Source: Candidatus Diapherotrites archaeon CG08_land_8_20_14_0_20_30_16 (GTDB taxonomy: Archaea; Iainarchaeota; Iainarchaeia; Iainarchaeales; 0-14-0-20-30-16). Taken from it: a stretch of DNA of 14,803 bases. The translations under genes were made by a program, and so were the position numbers. The first letter of the stretch is position 1. The number at the start of each line of letters is the position of its first letter. The stretch is taken from contig PEXK01000041.1 of the NCBI GenBank assembly GCA_002779075.1, forward strand, positions 1 through 14,803, given 5' to 3'. Below, one piece after another: positions 6,717-14,532 of this stretch. The notes under the pieces are model-generated. The model did no database searches and was not told where the DNA came from. It saw only the letters and a list, made by a program, of their open reading frames with translations.

Positions 6717-7619
6717 ATGCCGTTAGAACCAATTAAAGGAAGACCAACCCCAAAAAGAATAAAAGAATTACAACAAATGGCTAAAGGTATATTGGCTAAA
6801 AGGACTAAAACCCCAGAAGAACAAAAAAAAGAAGAGTTGAGAAAACAAAGAACACTAAAAATAATCGCAGCAGTTAAACGGATTATTAAAAACAGAGGTA
6901 CTTTATCAAACATTCCAAGATATTTGCCTGCAGAGGAATTAAAAACACAAAAAAGAGCATATGCGTATAAAAGAGGAATTATAGAATATAATTACTATAC
7001 AACAAAGTATCATTTTATACAACATCTAATTCACACAATCAAAAAACCAAAAGTTAGAGTGTTAGATGTTGGTGCAGGCATTGGGCAATTAGGATTAGAT
7101 TTGGAGACTGAATATCCGTATAGAAAAGACTGGTTTCCAAAAGTTGAATATCATGGAATTGATGTATTAACATCAGAACAAAATCCAAGAGTTAAAGCAA
7201 GTGATATTACACTAGATAGATTACCAAAAAATACATTTGATTTAATATTTGGGGTGCATAGCTTTGAATATTTTTCTGACAAACTAAGAGTAATAACAAA
7301 TTGTTGTGATGCACTGCAAGTTTTTGAAAAACTAATTCTTACTATTGATTTATGTATTAATTTAAATGGTTTATATTTGGGAAGGATTCAATTAAAAGAA
7401 CTTGTTGAAAGGTACAATCCACATTTATCCGTAGATATATCAGCGCAAGATTTAATTATAATAACAAAAACTAAAAAGGGCATTACTTTTTTTCCAGTTA
7501 GATTAGATAGAGTAGTTCCATTGGATAATAAGTGGTATGGAAAATATTCTGATTTTGGTAGTATTGATTATAGTAGCCAGGCATTAGAATCACATTATAC
7601 AACAAAGAAAAAAACATAA
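6717..7619 (+). CDS. Class I SAM-dependent methyltransferase with a ~65-aa lysine/arginine-rich N-terminal extension
   Basis: Motif I is VRVLDVGAGIGQLG, followed by an acidic post-I element (YHGIDV) and the motif IV region FDLIFGVHSFEY. The N-terminus is strongly basic (KGRPTPKRIKE...KRTKTPEEQKKEELRKQRTLK). There is no KsgA-type NLPY motif. An SD-like GTGAT overlaps the Rio1 stop (6707-6711), 5 nt before the ATG. Confidence 0.75.
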   Translation: MPLEPIKGRPTPKRIKELQQMAKGILAKRTKTPEEQKKEELRKQRTLKIIAAVKRIIKNRGTLSNIPRYLPAEELKTQKRAYAYKRGIIEYNYYTTKYHFIQHLIHTIKKPKVRVLDVGAGIGQLGLDLETEYPYRKDWFPKVEYHGIDVLTSEQNPRVKASDITLDRLPKNTFDLIFGVHSFEYFSDKLRVITNCCDALQVFEKLILTIDLCINLNGLYLGRIQLKELVERYNPHLSVDISAQDLIIITKTKKGITFFPVRLDRVVPLDNKWYGKYSDFGSIDYSSQALESHYTTKKKT

Positions 7620-7637
7620 TTTACAGAAGGAATAAAA

Positions 7638-8231
7638 ATGAATACTCTTATATTGAAGATACCAAAAATGAGAATTGGTGCAGTTATTGGAAAGCAAGGG
7701 CAAACAAGAAGAGAGTTGGAAGAATTAAGTGATTGCAAAATACATGTTGACAGTCACACTGGCGATGTTGAGATTAGTACAGAAAAAGCAAATCCTGTTA
7801 CTTTTTACAGGTTAGAAACAGTACTAAAAGCAATTGGTAGAGGCTTTTCTCCAGATCACGCAAAACTGCTTTTAGATGATAAAACAACTTTAAACATTAT
7901 TAGTTTATACGATTTGGGAATTCATACTGAGAAAACATTGAAAACAAGAAGAGCACGTGTAATTGGAACTGAAGGAACAATAAGAAAGTTTTTGGAAGAT
8001 TCTTTAGATTGCTATATTGCAATACAAGGAAAAACAATTTGCATTATTGGCACTGTTTCTAACATAAGAATTTGTCACGAGGCAATAATGCGTTTGTTGA
8101 AAGGCGCTAATTTTGCAGGTGTTCGAACCTTTATTGAAAAAGCAAGAAAGAACTTAGATATCTCAAATACTGAAAATTATATTGATTACAATGAAGAAGA
8201 TAACAAAGATAAGGATATATTAGATGATTAA
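7638..8231 (+). CDS. KH-domain RNA-binding protein, archaeal Dim2p/Pno1-like (aDim2p)
   Basis: Two KH-like modules: IPKMRIGAVIGKQGQTRRELE and RRARVIGTEGTIRKFLE...IQGKTICIIG. The family-typical linker KAIGRGFSPDHAKLLLDD is present, and there is an acidic C-terminal tail. Rio1 is a conserved neighbour of this family in archaea. Confidence 0.8.
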   Translation: MNTLILKIPKMRIGAVIGKQGQTRRELEELSDCKIHVDSHTGDVEISTEKANPVTFYRLETVLKAIGRGFSPDHAKLLLDDKTTLNIISLYDLGIHTEKTLKTRRARVIGTEGTIRKFLEDSLDCYIAIQGKTICIIGTVSNIRICHEAIMRLLKGANFAGVRTFIEKARKNLDISNTENYIDYNEEDNKDKDILDD

Positions 8232-9618
8232 TATGGATAAATTAGAATGCATTTCTCCAATAGATGGAAGATATAAAAGAATCTCAGATATATTGGGGCA
8301 ATACTTTAGTGAAATGACTTTGTCTAAATATAGAACCATTGCTGAAATCAAATACTTCATTTTCCTGTCAAAACAAAACTTGGGATTAAGAGCTTTAACA
8401 AATGATGAATTGAAAGAATTAAGGGCATTAGAAGAATTATCTCTGCAGGATGCTCAAATAATAAAAGATATTGAAGTCAAAGGTTATAAAAATATTAAAG
8501 CCACAAACCATGATGTTAAAGCTGTCGAATATTATTTGAAAGACAAACTAGAGAATTCTTCATTGAAAAAAGAATTAGAATGGATTCATTTTGCTTTAAC
8601 TTCAGAAGATATCAATAATATTGCTTATGGATTAATGGTTTCATTATCTGTCAAAAAAGTAATTATTCCAGAAATAGAGACTATTTACAATACATTAAAT
8701 GGTTTAGCTGAAAAGTATGCAAATACAGCAATATTAGCAAGAACTCATGGTCAACCTGCTAGCCCAACAACATTTGGAAAAGAATTCAAAGTATTTGCAG
8801 AAAGAATAAAAAAGCAGTTAGCCCAGTTAAAAGCTCATAAGCTTTTAATCAAATTAAATGGAGCAACAGGCAACTATAATGCTAATATTAGCGCGTATCC
8901 TAATTTTGATTGGCTTTCTTTTTCACAAAAATTTACTGAACATTTGAATAAAACATTTGATTTAAATTTACAAACAAATTTAATAACGACTCAAATTGAA
9001 CCTCATGATTCTTTAATTGAACTATTTGACATTTTACGTAGAATTAATTTAATATTAATTAATTTTTCACAAGATATCTGGCGTTACATAAGTGATGATT
9101 TTATTAAACAAAAACCAGTTGAAGGAGAAGTAGGATCATCAACAATGCCTCACAAAGTTAATCCAATTGATTTTGAAAATGCAGAAGGTAATCTAGGTCT
9201 GGCCAATAGTTTGTTTTCGTTTTTCTCAAACAAACTACCAATATCTAGATTACAGCGAGACCTATCTGATTCAACAGTTTTGCGAAACATAGGTTCTAGT
9301 TTTGCATATTGTTTAATTGCATACAAATCTATACAAAAAGGTCTGACTAAAATAGAAATAAATGAAACAAAAGTATCTGAAATATTGGACTCTCATTGGG
9401 AAATTATATCTGAAGCTATTCAAACAATTCTAAAAAGAGAACACATTGAAACACCCTACGAACTATTAAAGGAACTAACCAGAGGCAAGAAAATTAACCA
9501 AAATGAATTCATAGAATTCATTGACAAATTAGATGTTACAAATGAGGTAAAAGAAGAACTCAAAAAACTAAGTCCAAATACATATATTGGATTAGCAGAT
9601 AAGATTTCTAAATTATGA
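8224..9618 (+). CDS. purB: Adenylosuccinate lyase (long, E. coli-type PurB)
   Basis: Near-identical blocks to E. coli PurB as I recall it: SPIDGRY, TNHDVKAVEYYLK, IHFALTSEDINN, RTHGQPASPTTFGKE, TQIEPHD, GSSTMPHKVNPIDFEN, RDLSDSTVLRN and KELTRGKK. The start at 8224 overlaps the KH gene stop by 8 nt and has AAGGA upstream; ATG 8233 is an alternative start. Confidence 0.92.
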   Translation: MINMDKLECISPIDGRYKRISDILGQYFSEMTLSKYRTIAEIKYFIFLSKQNLGLRALTNDELKELRALEELSLQDAQIIKDIEVKGYKNIKATNHDVKAVEYYLKDKLENSSLKKELEWIHFALTSEDINNIAYGLMVSLSVKKVIIPEIETIYNTLNGLAEKYANTAILARTHGQPASPTTFGKEFKVFAERIKKQLAQLKAHKLLIKLNGATGNYNANISAYPNFDWLSFSQKFTEHLNKTFDLNLQTNLITTQIEPHDSLIELFDILRRINLILINFSQDIWRYISDDFIKQKPVEGEVGSSTMPHKVNPIDFENAEGNLGLANSLFSFFSNKLPISRLQRDLSDSTVLRNIGSSFAYCLIAYKSIQKGLTKIEINETKVSEILDSHWEIISEAIQTILKREHIETPYELLKELTRGKKINQNEFIEFIDKLDVTNEVKEELKKLSPNTYIGLADKISKL

Positions 9619-9624
9619 AATAAT

Positions 9625-9957
9625 TTATTGTTTAAACAATTTTATTAAAATATCTTCTACTTCTTTAATTTTATAATCCTTTAATTTGCCTGTGGAATAA
9701 AATATTATAGAAGAATCTAATGTAAATATTTTATTTGGTCTTATTTTACTACTTTTATTAAGGCCACCATCTTCAAAATCAATACTTTCCAATAAAATAG
9801 AATAATTATCAGTTACTGGAACTGTTGTTATTTCACATAAAATATAATCATTACTAATTATATTTGCAACAATTAATGCGGGTCTTTTTTTTGTTCCAGA
9901 CAGATCTGAAAATGGAAAAGGTACCACTACAACATTACCTTTTACAAATCTTTCCAT
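9625..9957 (-). CDS. mazF: MazF/PemK-family type II toxin (mRNA interferase)
   Basis: 110 aa with the typical N-terminus KGNVVVVPFPFSDLSGTKKRPALIV and an SH3-like barrel pattern. It overlaps the upstream antitoxin ORF by 16 nt. Confidence 0.85.
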   Translation of the reverse strand: MERFVKGNVVVVPFPFSDLSGTKKRPALIVANIISNDYILCEITTVPVTDNYSILLESIDFEDGGLNKSSKIRPNKIFTLDSSIIFYSTGKLKDYKIKEVEDILIKLFKQ

Positions 9958-10178
9958 GCCTCTTCGTCCTCTTTACTTAGCCAATCTTCTGCCAAGGCCT
10001 TTTCACTCAATAAGGCCGGCATCAATTTTTCATAAGTTGAACTATTTAATTTATATTTATCTTCTAAACCTAATAAACCTAATCTTATTGCTTCACTTTT
10101 GGTTTTAACTACACCTTTTTTAATTAAATTCTCTAATACTAAATTTAGGTGCCCATCAATATTTATTGTAATATTCAT
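9942..10178 (-). CDS. Antitoxin of the MazF cassette (ribbon-helix-helix/CopG-like)
   Basis: 78 aa. An N-terminal beta strand (ITINIDGHL) followed by two helices (KSEAIRLGLLGLE) fits an RHH fold. The acidic C-terminus (EDWLSKEDEEAWKDL) is typical of toxin-binding tails. It overlaps mazF. A TATA-like TTTATATA (complement of 10208-10215) lies about 34 nt upstream. Confidence 0.65.
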   Translation of the reverse strand: MNITINIDGHLNLVLENLIKKGVVKTKSEAIRLGLLGLEDKYKLNSSTYEKLMPALLSEKALAEDWLSKEDEEAWKDL

Positions 10179-10232
10179 TTAAATCACTATTAATATTACG
10201 TATAAGTTATATAAATAGCTTTTGTTTACTAC

Positions 10233-10574
10233 TTAAAATTGGGTTGCTTGTTTAGAATTTACTCTATAACCTACTGCAATTATAGCATCTAGATTATAGA
10301 ATTCGATTTCTCTTTCTATATCTCTAAATCCTTCCTTTTGAACTATTCGGAAATTCCGAATAGTTGAATCTTCATCTAATTCTTTCGAGCCAAAAATATT
10401 TTTTAGGTGTTCATTAATAGTTTGTATTTGCACATTAAACAGCTCAGCTATCTTCTTTTGAGTTAACCAAACATTCTCATTATGTAAAAAGACTTCTACT
10501 TTGACATTCCCTTCAGGAGTACTATAAATTAAAAAATCAGTTACTTTCTCTTGTGAAACAGTTAATTTTGACAT
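10233..10574 (-). pseudogene. Truncated RhuM-family (COG3943) gene: N-terminal ~113 aa only
   Basis: Strong match to the RhuM N-terminal region: VKVEVFLHNENVWLTQKKIAELF, TINEHLKNIF, ELDEDSTIRNFRIV, YNLDAIIAVGYRVNSKQATQF. Full-length members run about 300 aa and continue RIWAT after ATQF. Here a stop follows immediately, and only 54 bp separate it from the mazE start. Confidence 0.75.
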
Positions 10575-10687
10575 ATTTTATATATATAATTAAATATATT
10601 AAGATAATCTTAATCGTTCTAAGCCATTAACCTTTATAAACCCTTAGCTTATTCTTATTTTTAGAGTTTACACTATTTAGTGATATA

Positions 10688-12358
10688 ATGGTAGAAAATA
10701 ACAATCTTAAGGAGCACTCTGTTGCTGAATTTTTCAAAAAGAATAGGCATATGCTTGGACTGTTTGGAAAGCTGAGGTCATTAACAACAATAGTACACGA
10801 GTTCGTTGCAAACTCAATTGATGCCTGTGAAGAAGCAGGAGTTCTTCCAGAAATAGAAGTTAAACTAGTCAAATTAGGAGAAGAACACTTTGAAGTCCAT
10901 GTTATTGATAATGGCCCAGGAATCGATGAGAAAAATTTAAGCAAGGCTTTAGGAAAACTCTTAGTAGGTACAAAATTCCACAGGCTCATACAGATGAGAG
11001 GACAGCAAGGTATTGGTGCTTCAGGATGTATTCTTTTTAGCCAGATGACAACAGGCAAGCCAACAAAAGTAATATCAGGAAACAATTGCAAATCAGTTTA
11101 CATGGAGCTGGGAATTAATGTTGAAAGAAACGAACCTTTGATTTCAAGCAAAAAATATTTAGATAAAGAGTTCAAAGGCCTAGCAATCAGTTCTGAGTTT
11201 AAGGAAGTAGATTATCAGGACAGCAATCAAAATGCTTTAGAGTATCTGAAAAGAACAGCAATTGCAAATCCCCATGTAACAATAAAATTCTTAGACCCTT
11301 TTAACAAAATGTTTGTTTTTGAGCGTTCAGTTAATGTTATTCCTCCAAAACCCCTTGAAATTAATCCACACATAAAAAGTGTTGACACTGACACTTTGCT
11401 TACTAATGCAAAATCAAGTGATGCTAAAACAGTTATTGGATATATGAAAGACACTTATGATAGGGTTGGTGATAGATTCTTTGAAGACCTGCAAAAAAGT
11501 TTAGGCAAGGATCTAAACTTGAAAGATATGACTAAGAAAGAACTTGACTGGGGCAAATCAGAAAAAATTGTTAAAGCAATACAAAAAACAAAAACTATAA
11601 GCCCAAAAACAGATGCTTTAATACCTATAAGTGAAGACTCTTTGACACTATCAATTAAAAATATTTTAAAGCCAGAAATCTTTTATGTACTTACAAGGAA
11701 ACCAACTACTTACAAAGGCGGTTTTCCTTTTGTTGTTGAAGTCGCAATTTCGTACGGAGGTAATTCTGGCAGATTATTAAAAGATGGTTCTGTCAAATCA
11801 GAGATAATGAGATTTGCAAACCGAACACCATTATTATTTGATCCTGGTGCTTGTGCAATAACAAATGCTGTGAACTCAATAAACTGGAAAAGATATCACA
11901 TAAGAGATTTTGAAAATGAGCCTATTACAATAATTGTAAATCTGTGTTCTGTGCATATACCTTATACAAGTGTTGGAAAACAAGCTGTTGCTGAAGAACA
12001 GGAAATAATTGATGAAATCAAACTAGCATTAATGACTGCTGCTCGTCAAATATCAAATTACATATCGCGAAAAATGAAACACGGTTTGAAGTTAGAAAGA
12101 AAAAAAATGTTTGAACGCTATTCTTATGAAATTGCAAGAGCTTTAGAAATATTAACAGGCACAAAACAAGCAGAACTGTTGCCAAAAATAGAAGAAATTA
12201 TTTTGAAGAAACTAGAATTAGAAGAAGAACAAGAGCAAAAAGAAAACAAAGAAATAAAAGAAGAGTTGGAAGAAAATGTTATTGATGAGGAGAAAAAAGA
12301 GGAAACTAAAACTGGAAAATTAAAAGATAAAAAATTAAATGAATTTTCTGAGGAGTAA
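10688..12358 (+). CDS. top6B: DNA topoisomerase VI subunit B (GHKL ATPase)
   Basis: SVAEFFKKNRHMLGL, EFVANSIDACEE (N box), VIDNGPGI (G1), RGQQGIGAS (G2), transducer-domain blocks RKPTTYKGGFPFVVEVAISYGG and RFANRTPLLFD, and CSVHIPYTSVGKQAVAE. It carries an extra ~47-aa E/K-rich C-terminal tail. Confidence 0.93.
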   Translation: MVENNNLKEHSVAEFFKKNRHMLGLFGKLRSLTTIVHEFVANSIDACEEAGVLPEIEVKLVKLGEEHFEVHVIDNGPGIDEKNLSKALGKLLVGTKFHRLIQMRGQQGIGASGCILFSQMTTGKPTKVISGNNCKSVYMELGINVERNEPLISSKKYLDKEFKGLAISSEFKEVDYQDSNQNALEYLKRTAIANPHVTIKFLDPFNKMFVFERSVNVIPPKPLEINPHIKSVDTDTLLTNAKSSDAKTVIGYMKDTYDRVGDRFFEDLQKSLGKDLNLKDMTKKELDWGKSEKIVKAIQKTKTISPKTDALIPISEDSLTLSIKNILKPEIFYVLTRKPTTYKGGFPFVVEVAISYGGNSGRLLKDGSVKSEIMRFANRTPLLFDPGACAITNAVNSINWKRYHIRDFENEPITIIVNLCSVHIPYTSVGKQAVAEEQEIIDEIKLALMTAARQISNYISRKMKHGLKLERKKMFERYSYEIARALEILTGTKQAELLPKIEEIILKKLELEEEQEQKENKEIKEELEENVIDEEKKEETKTGKLKDKKLNEFSEE

Positions 12359-12362
12359 TCAA

Positions 12363-12827
12363 ATGCCACATTTACACGATAAAATAGATTTTACCGCTGA
12401 AGTATTTATTGTTTATAATAATAATGTTCTTTTGAGAATGCATGATAAATATAAATTGTGGTTAAGTGTTGGTGGTCATATTGAATTAGATGAAGACCCA
12501 AACGAAGCAGTAATTAGAGAAGCAAAAGAAGAAGTAGGATTAGATGTTGAATTATATAAAGATCCAAAAGTAAAAATGATAAACATAAATAGGTGTAGAG
12601 AATTAATTCCACCAATGTTTATGAATAGAAACAGAATAAATGAAAATCACGAACATGTTACATTAACATATTTTGGAAAATCCAAAACAGATAAGCTAAT
12701 ATTATCAGAAAAAGAAAAAAGTGAAGGTTGCAAATGGTTCGCTTTAGAAGATTTGGATTCTAAAGATTATGATATAACAGAAACTGTTAAACATTATGCA
12801 AAAACTGCATTATTAACATTAAAATAA
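12363..12827 (+). CDS. Nudix hydrolase
   Basis: The Nudix box is perfect, GHIELDEDPNEAVIREAKEEVGL (G-x5-E-x7-REUxEExGU). I place the start at ATG 12363 (MPHLHDK), preceded by SD GAGGAG at 12349-12354. The track start at 12339 lies inside the top6B 3' end. Confidence 0.85.
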   Translation: MPHLHDKIDFTAEVFIVYNNNVLLRMHDKYKLWLSVGGHIELDEDPNEAVIREAKEEVGLDVELYKDPKVKMININRCRELIPPMFMNRNRINENHEHVTLTYFGKSKTDKLILSEKEKSEGCKWFALEDLDSKDYDITETVKHYAKTALLTLK

Positions 12828-12863
12828 CCAACACATAAATTTTTACTGTCTAGTGTGATAAAA

Positions 12864-13952
12864 ATGAGAAATGAAAAAAGTTTAAAAGAATTGGAAAAGT
12901 TAGGACAAGATACTCTCAAGATGATAACCAAAAAAGAGCCACCATATGTTGAATTACCTGTGAGATCTCTTTCAAATATTTTCTTTGATGAAAAATCAAA
13001 AACTATTAAGATGGGCGATAAAACAAGCAAAAGATATTTTCTTAATACTGCACACACAAGAAAATATGCCCAGACAATATCAATAGCCTCTGAAATTAAA
13101 AAGATAATTAAAGAAGATGCAACAATATCAATAAGAGATTTATATTATGCTTTGAAACACACATTAAAAGGATCAAAAGAAAATCTTCTAGAAAACCAAT
13201 CAGAATCAGATCCCATTTTAGAAGACTTAGAGGCAACATTGGGTTTATTAAGAGAAGAACTGAATTTAACTGCATCAACAAAAGGCGTTATTGCAGGGAG
13301 TTTGACAGTAAAAGATGGAAAAGATATTATTGATTTAGGGAAGATGGGTTCTGGTGGTTGGGGTGTTCCTTCAAATGTTGAGCCCGAGACAATTGATATA
13401 AAAAATGTTGATGCTGATTTTGTTTTGTTTATTGAAAAAGATGCAGTTTGGAAAAGATTTAATGAAGATAAATTCTGGCAAAAACACAAGTGTATAATTA
13501 TAACAGGAAAAGGCCAGCCTGCAAGAGCAGAAAGAAGACTTGTGCAGAGATTTAATAAAGAATTTAATTTGCCAGTTTATGCATTAATGGATGCAGATCC
13601 TTGGGGGTTTTACATCTATTCAGTAATCAAACGAGGGTCAATAAGTTTGAGTTACTCAGAAGAGAAACTAGCAACACCAGACACAAAGTATATTGGCTTG
13701 ACAGTATCTGATGTTGAGAAATACAAAATTCCAGATAATGTAACAATCAAACTGAATGATGAAGACACAAAAAGAATTAAAGAAATGAAAGATTACCCTT
13801 GGTTCAAAAACAAAGCCTGGCAAAACGAATTGGATTTAATGAAAAAAAGGAATTACAAACTAGAATTAGAAGCCCTAAGCAGAAAAGGAATTAGATTCAT
13901 AACAGAAGAATATTTGCCAGATAAAATCAAAAACAAGGATTTCTTGCCTTAA
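12864..13952 (+). CDS. top6A: DNA topoisomerase VI subunit A (Spo11-like)
   Basis: CAP-domain tyrosine region ISIRDLYYAL. Toprim motifs FVLFIEKDAVW (Glu) and MDADPWGFYIY (DxD). The likely start is ATG 12864, preceded by GTGAT at 12855-12859; the track uses GTG 12855 itself. Confidence 0.93.
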   Translation: MRNEKSLKELEKLGQDTLKMITKKEPPYVELPVRSLSNIFFDEKSKTIKMGDKTSKRYFLNTAHTRKYAQTISIASEIKKIIKEDATISIRDLYYALKHTLKGSKENLLENQSESDPILEDLEATLGLLREELNLTASTKGVIAGSLTVKDGKDIIDLGKMGSGGWGVPSNVEPETIDIKNVDADFVLFIEKDAVWKRFNEDKFWQKHKCIIITGKGQPARAERRLVQRFNKEFNLPVYALMDADPWGFYIYSVIKRGSISLSYSEEKLATPDTKYIGLTVSDVEKYKIPDNVTIKLNDEDTKRIKEMKDYPWFKNKAWQNELDLMKKRNYKLELEALSRKGIRFITEEYLPDKIKNKDFLP

Positions 13953-14216
13953 TTAAAGTGACCTATACCAATCTTCATATTCTTTGTGCGTTTTAAAACA
14001 ATGTATTACTTTAATAGTATCATTTTCTAATTCGCAGGCAATTCTTGTAGAATCAGTAACTTTTTCTATGAAATATTTTGAATGTCCTAAATGTTTCCCT
14101 GGAACATGATCTTCCAATTTTTTAATGTGTTTAAGAAATAATAATTGTAAATTTGAGGGTGTTTTCTTTAATTCTTCCCGTGCTCTGTCTGCTAAGATTA
14201 CATTATATGTTGACAT
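13953..14216 (-). CDS. RelE/ParE-superfamily type II toxin
   Basis: 87 aa with a pattern typical of the family: Y.V....A..ELKK, a helix, PGKHLG, then strands FIEKV.DSTRIACELENDTIKVIHCFKTHKEY. It overlaps the upstream antitoxin ORF by 14 nt. Confidence 0.6.
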   Translation of the reverse strand: MSTYNVILADRAREELKKTPSNLQLLFLKHIKKLEDHVPGKHLGHSKYFIEKVTDSTRIACELENDTIKVIHCFKTHKEYEDWYRSL

Positions 14217-14457
14217 TTTCCAGGCCCAAATCTTTTTTTACTTCATCTAAAGTATACCACTTTTCTTTATTTTTCTTTATTTCAGCAATATCGTTATCCA
14301 TAGCTTTTATTACTAATTTTTCTTCATTTTCAGTCATTAAATAATCCTTATATCTCACTAAAGCCTGTCTCATTACTTCAGTTTGACTTGAAGCATAACC
14401 CATCTTTATTGCTGTTTCCATAATACTCTCATAAGGTGCCCCTAAATTAACATGCAT
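14203..14457 (-). CDS. ParD/RHH-like antitoxin
   Basis: The N-terminus MHVNLGAPYESIMETAIKMGYASSQTEVMRQALVRY matches the ParD/COG3609-like RHH pattern (strand, helix, G.Y.S.SEV.R.AL). The C-terminal TLDEVKKDLGL motif is common in antitoxins. SD AGGTGA (complement of 14464-14469) lies 6 nt upstream of the ATG. Confidence 0.6.
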   Translation of the reverse strand: MHVNLGAPYESIMETAIKMGYASSQTEVMRQALVRYKDYLMTENEEKLVIKAMDNDIAEIKKNKEKWYTLDEVKKDLGLENVNI

Positions 14458-14532
14458 TCAAAATCACCTATATAATAAGAAGAGAATGTTATTTAAATGT
14501 ATTGTTGTATGGTCATCGGGTGTACACCATCC

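Noticed and set aside
6704-6913. Minus-strand ORF 6704-6913
   Set aside because: It is antisense to the 5' end of the methyltransferase gene, whose frame carries clear SAM-binding motifs, so it is most likely a chance open frame.
10067-10086. Tandem AAACCTAAT x2 inside mazE, sharing 9 nt with the MITE target-site duplication TAAACCTAACT
   Set aside because: On the coding strand it encodes the LGLLGL stretch of the antitoxin helix. A single shared 9-mer of this composition is expected about once by chance in a window this size, by rough estimate.
10598-10614. Perfect 8-1-8 palindrome ATTAAGAT-A-ATCTTAAT in the divergent rhuM-fragment/top6B promoter region
   Set aside because: It could be an operator, but it is almost pure A/T in a region that is about 80% AT, where such palindromes arise by chance at appreciable frequency. 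There is no second copy or supporting context.
10627-14344. Antisense or overlapping ORFs 10627-11091, 11227-11454, 12124-12369, 12794-13057, 13145-13489 and 14153-14344
   Set aside because: All lie opposite strongly supported genes (top6B, Nudix, top6A, the TA genes). Their serine/phenylalanine-rich low-complexity products are typical of the reverse frame of K/E-rich coding sequence.
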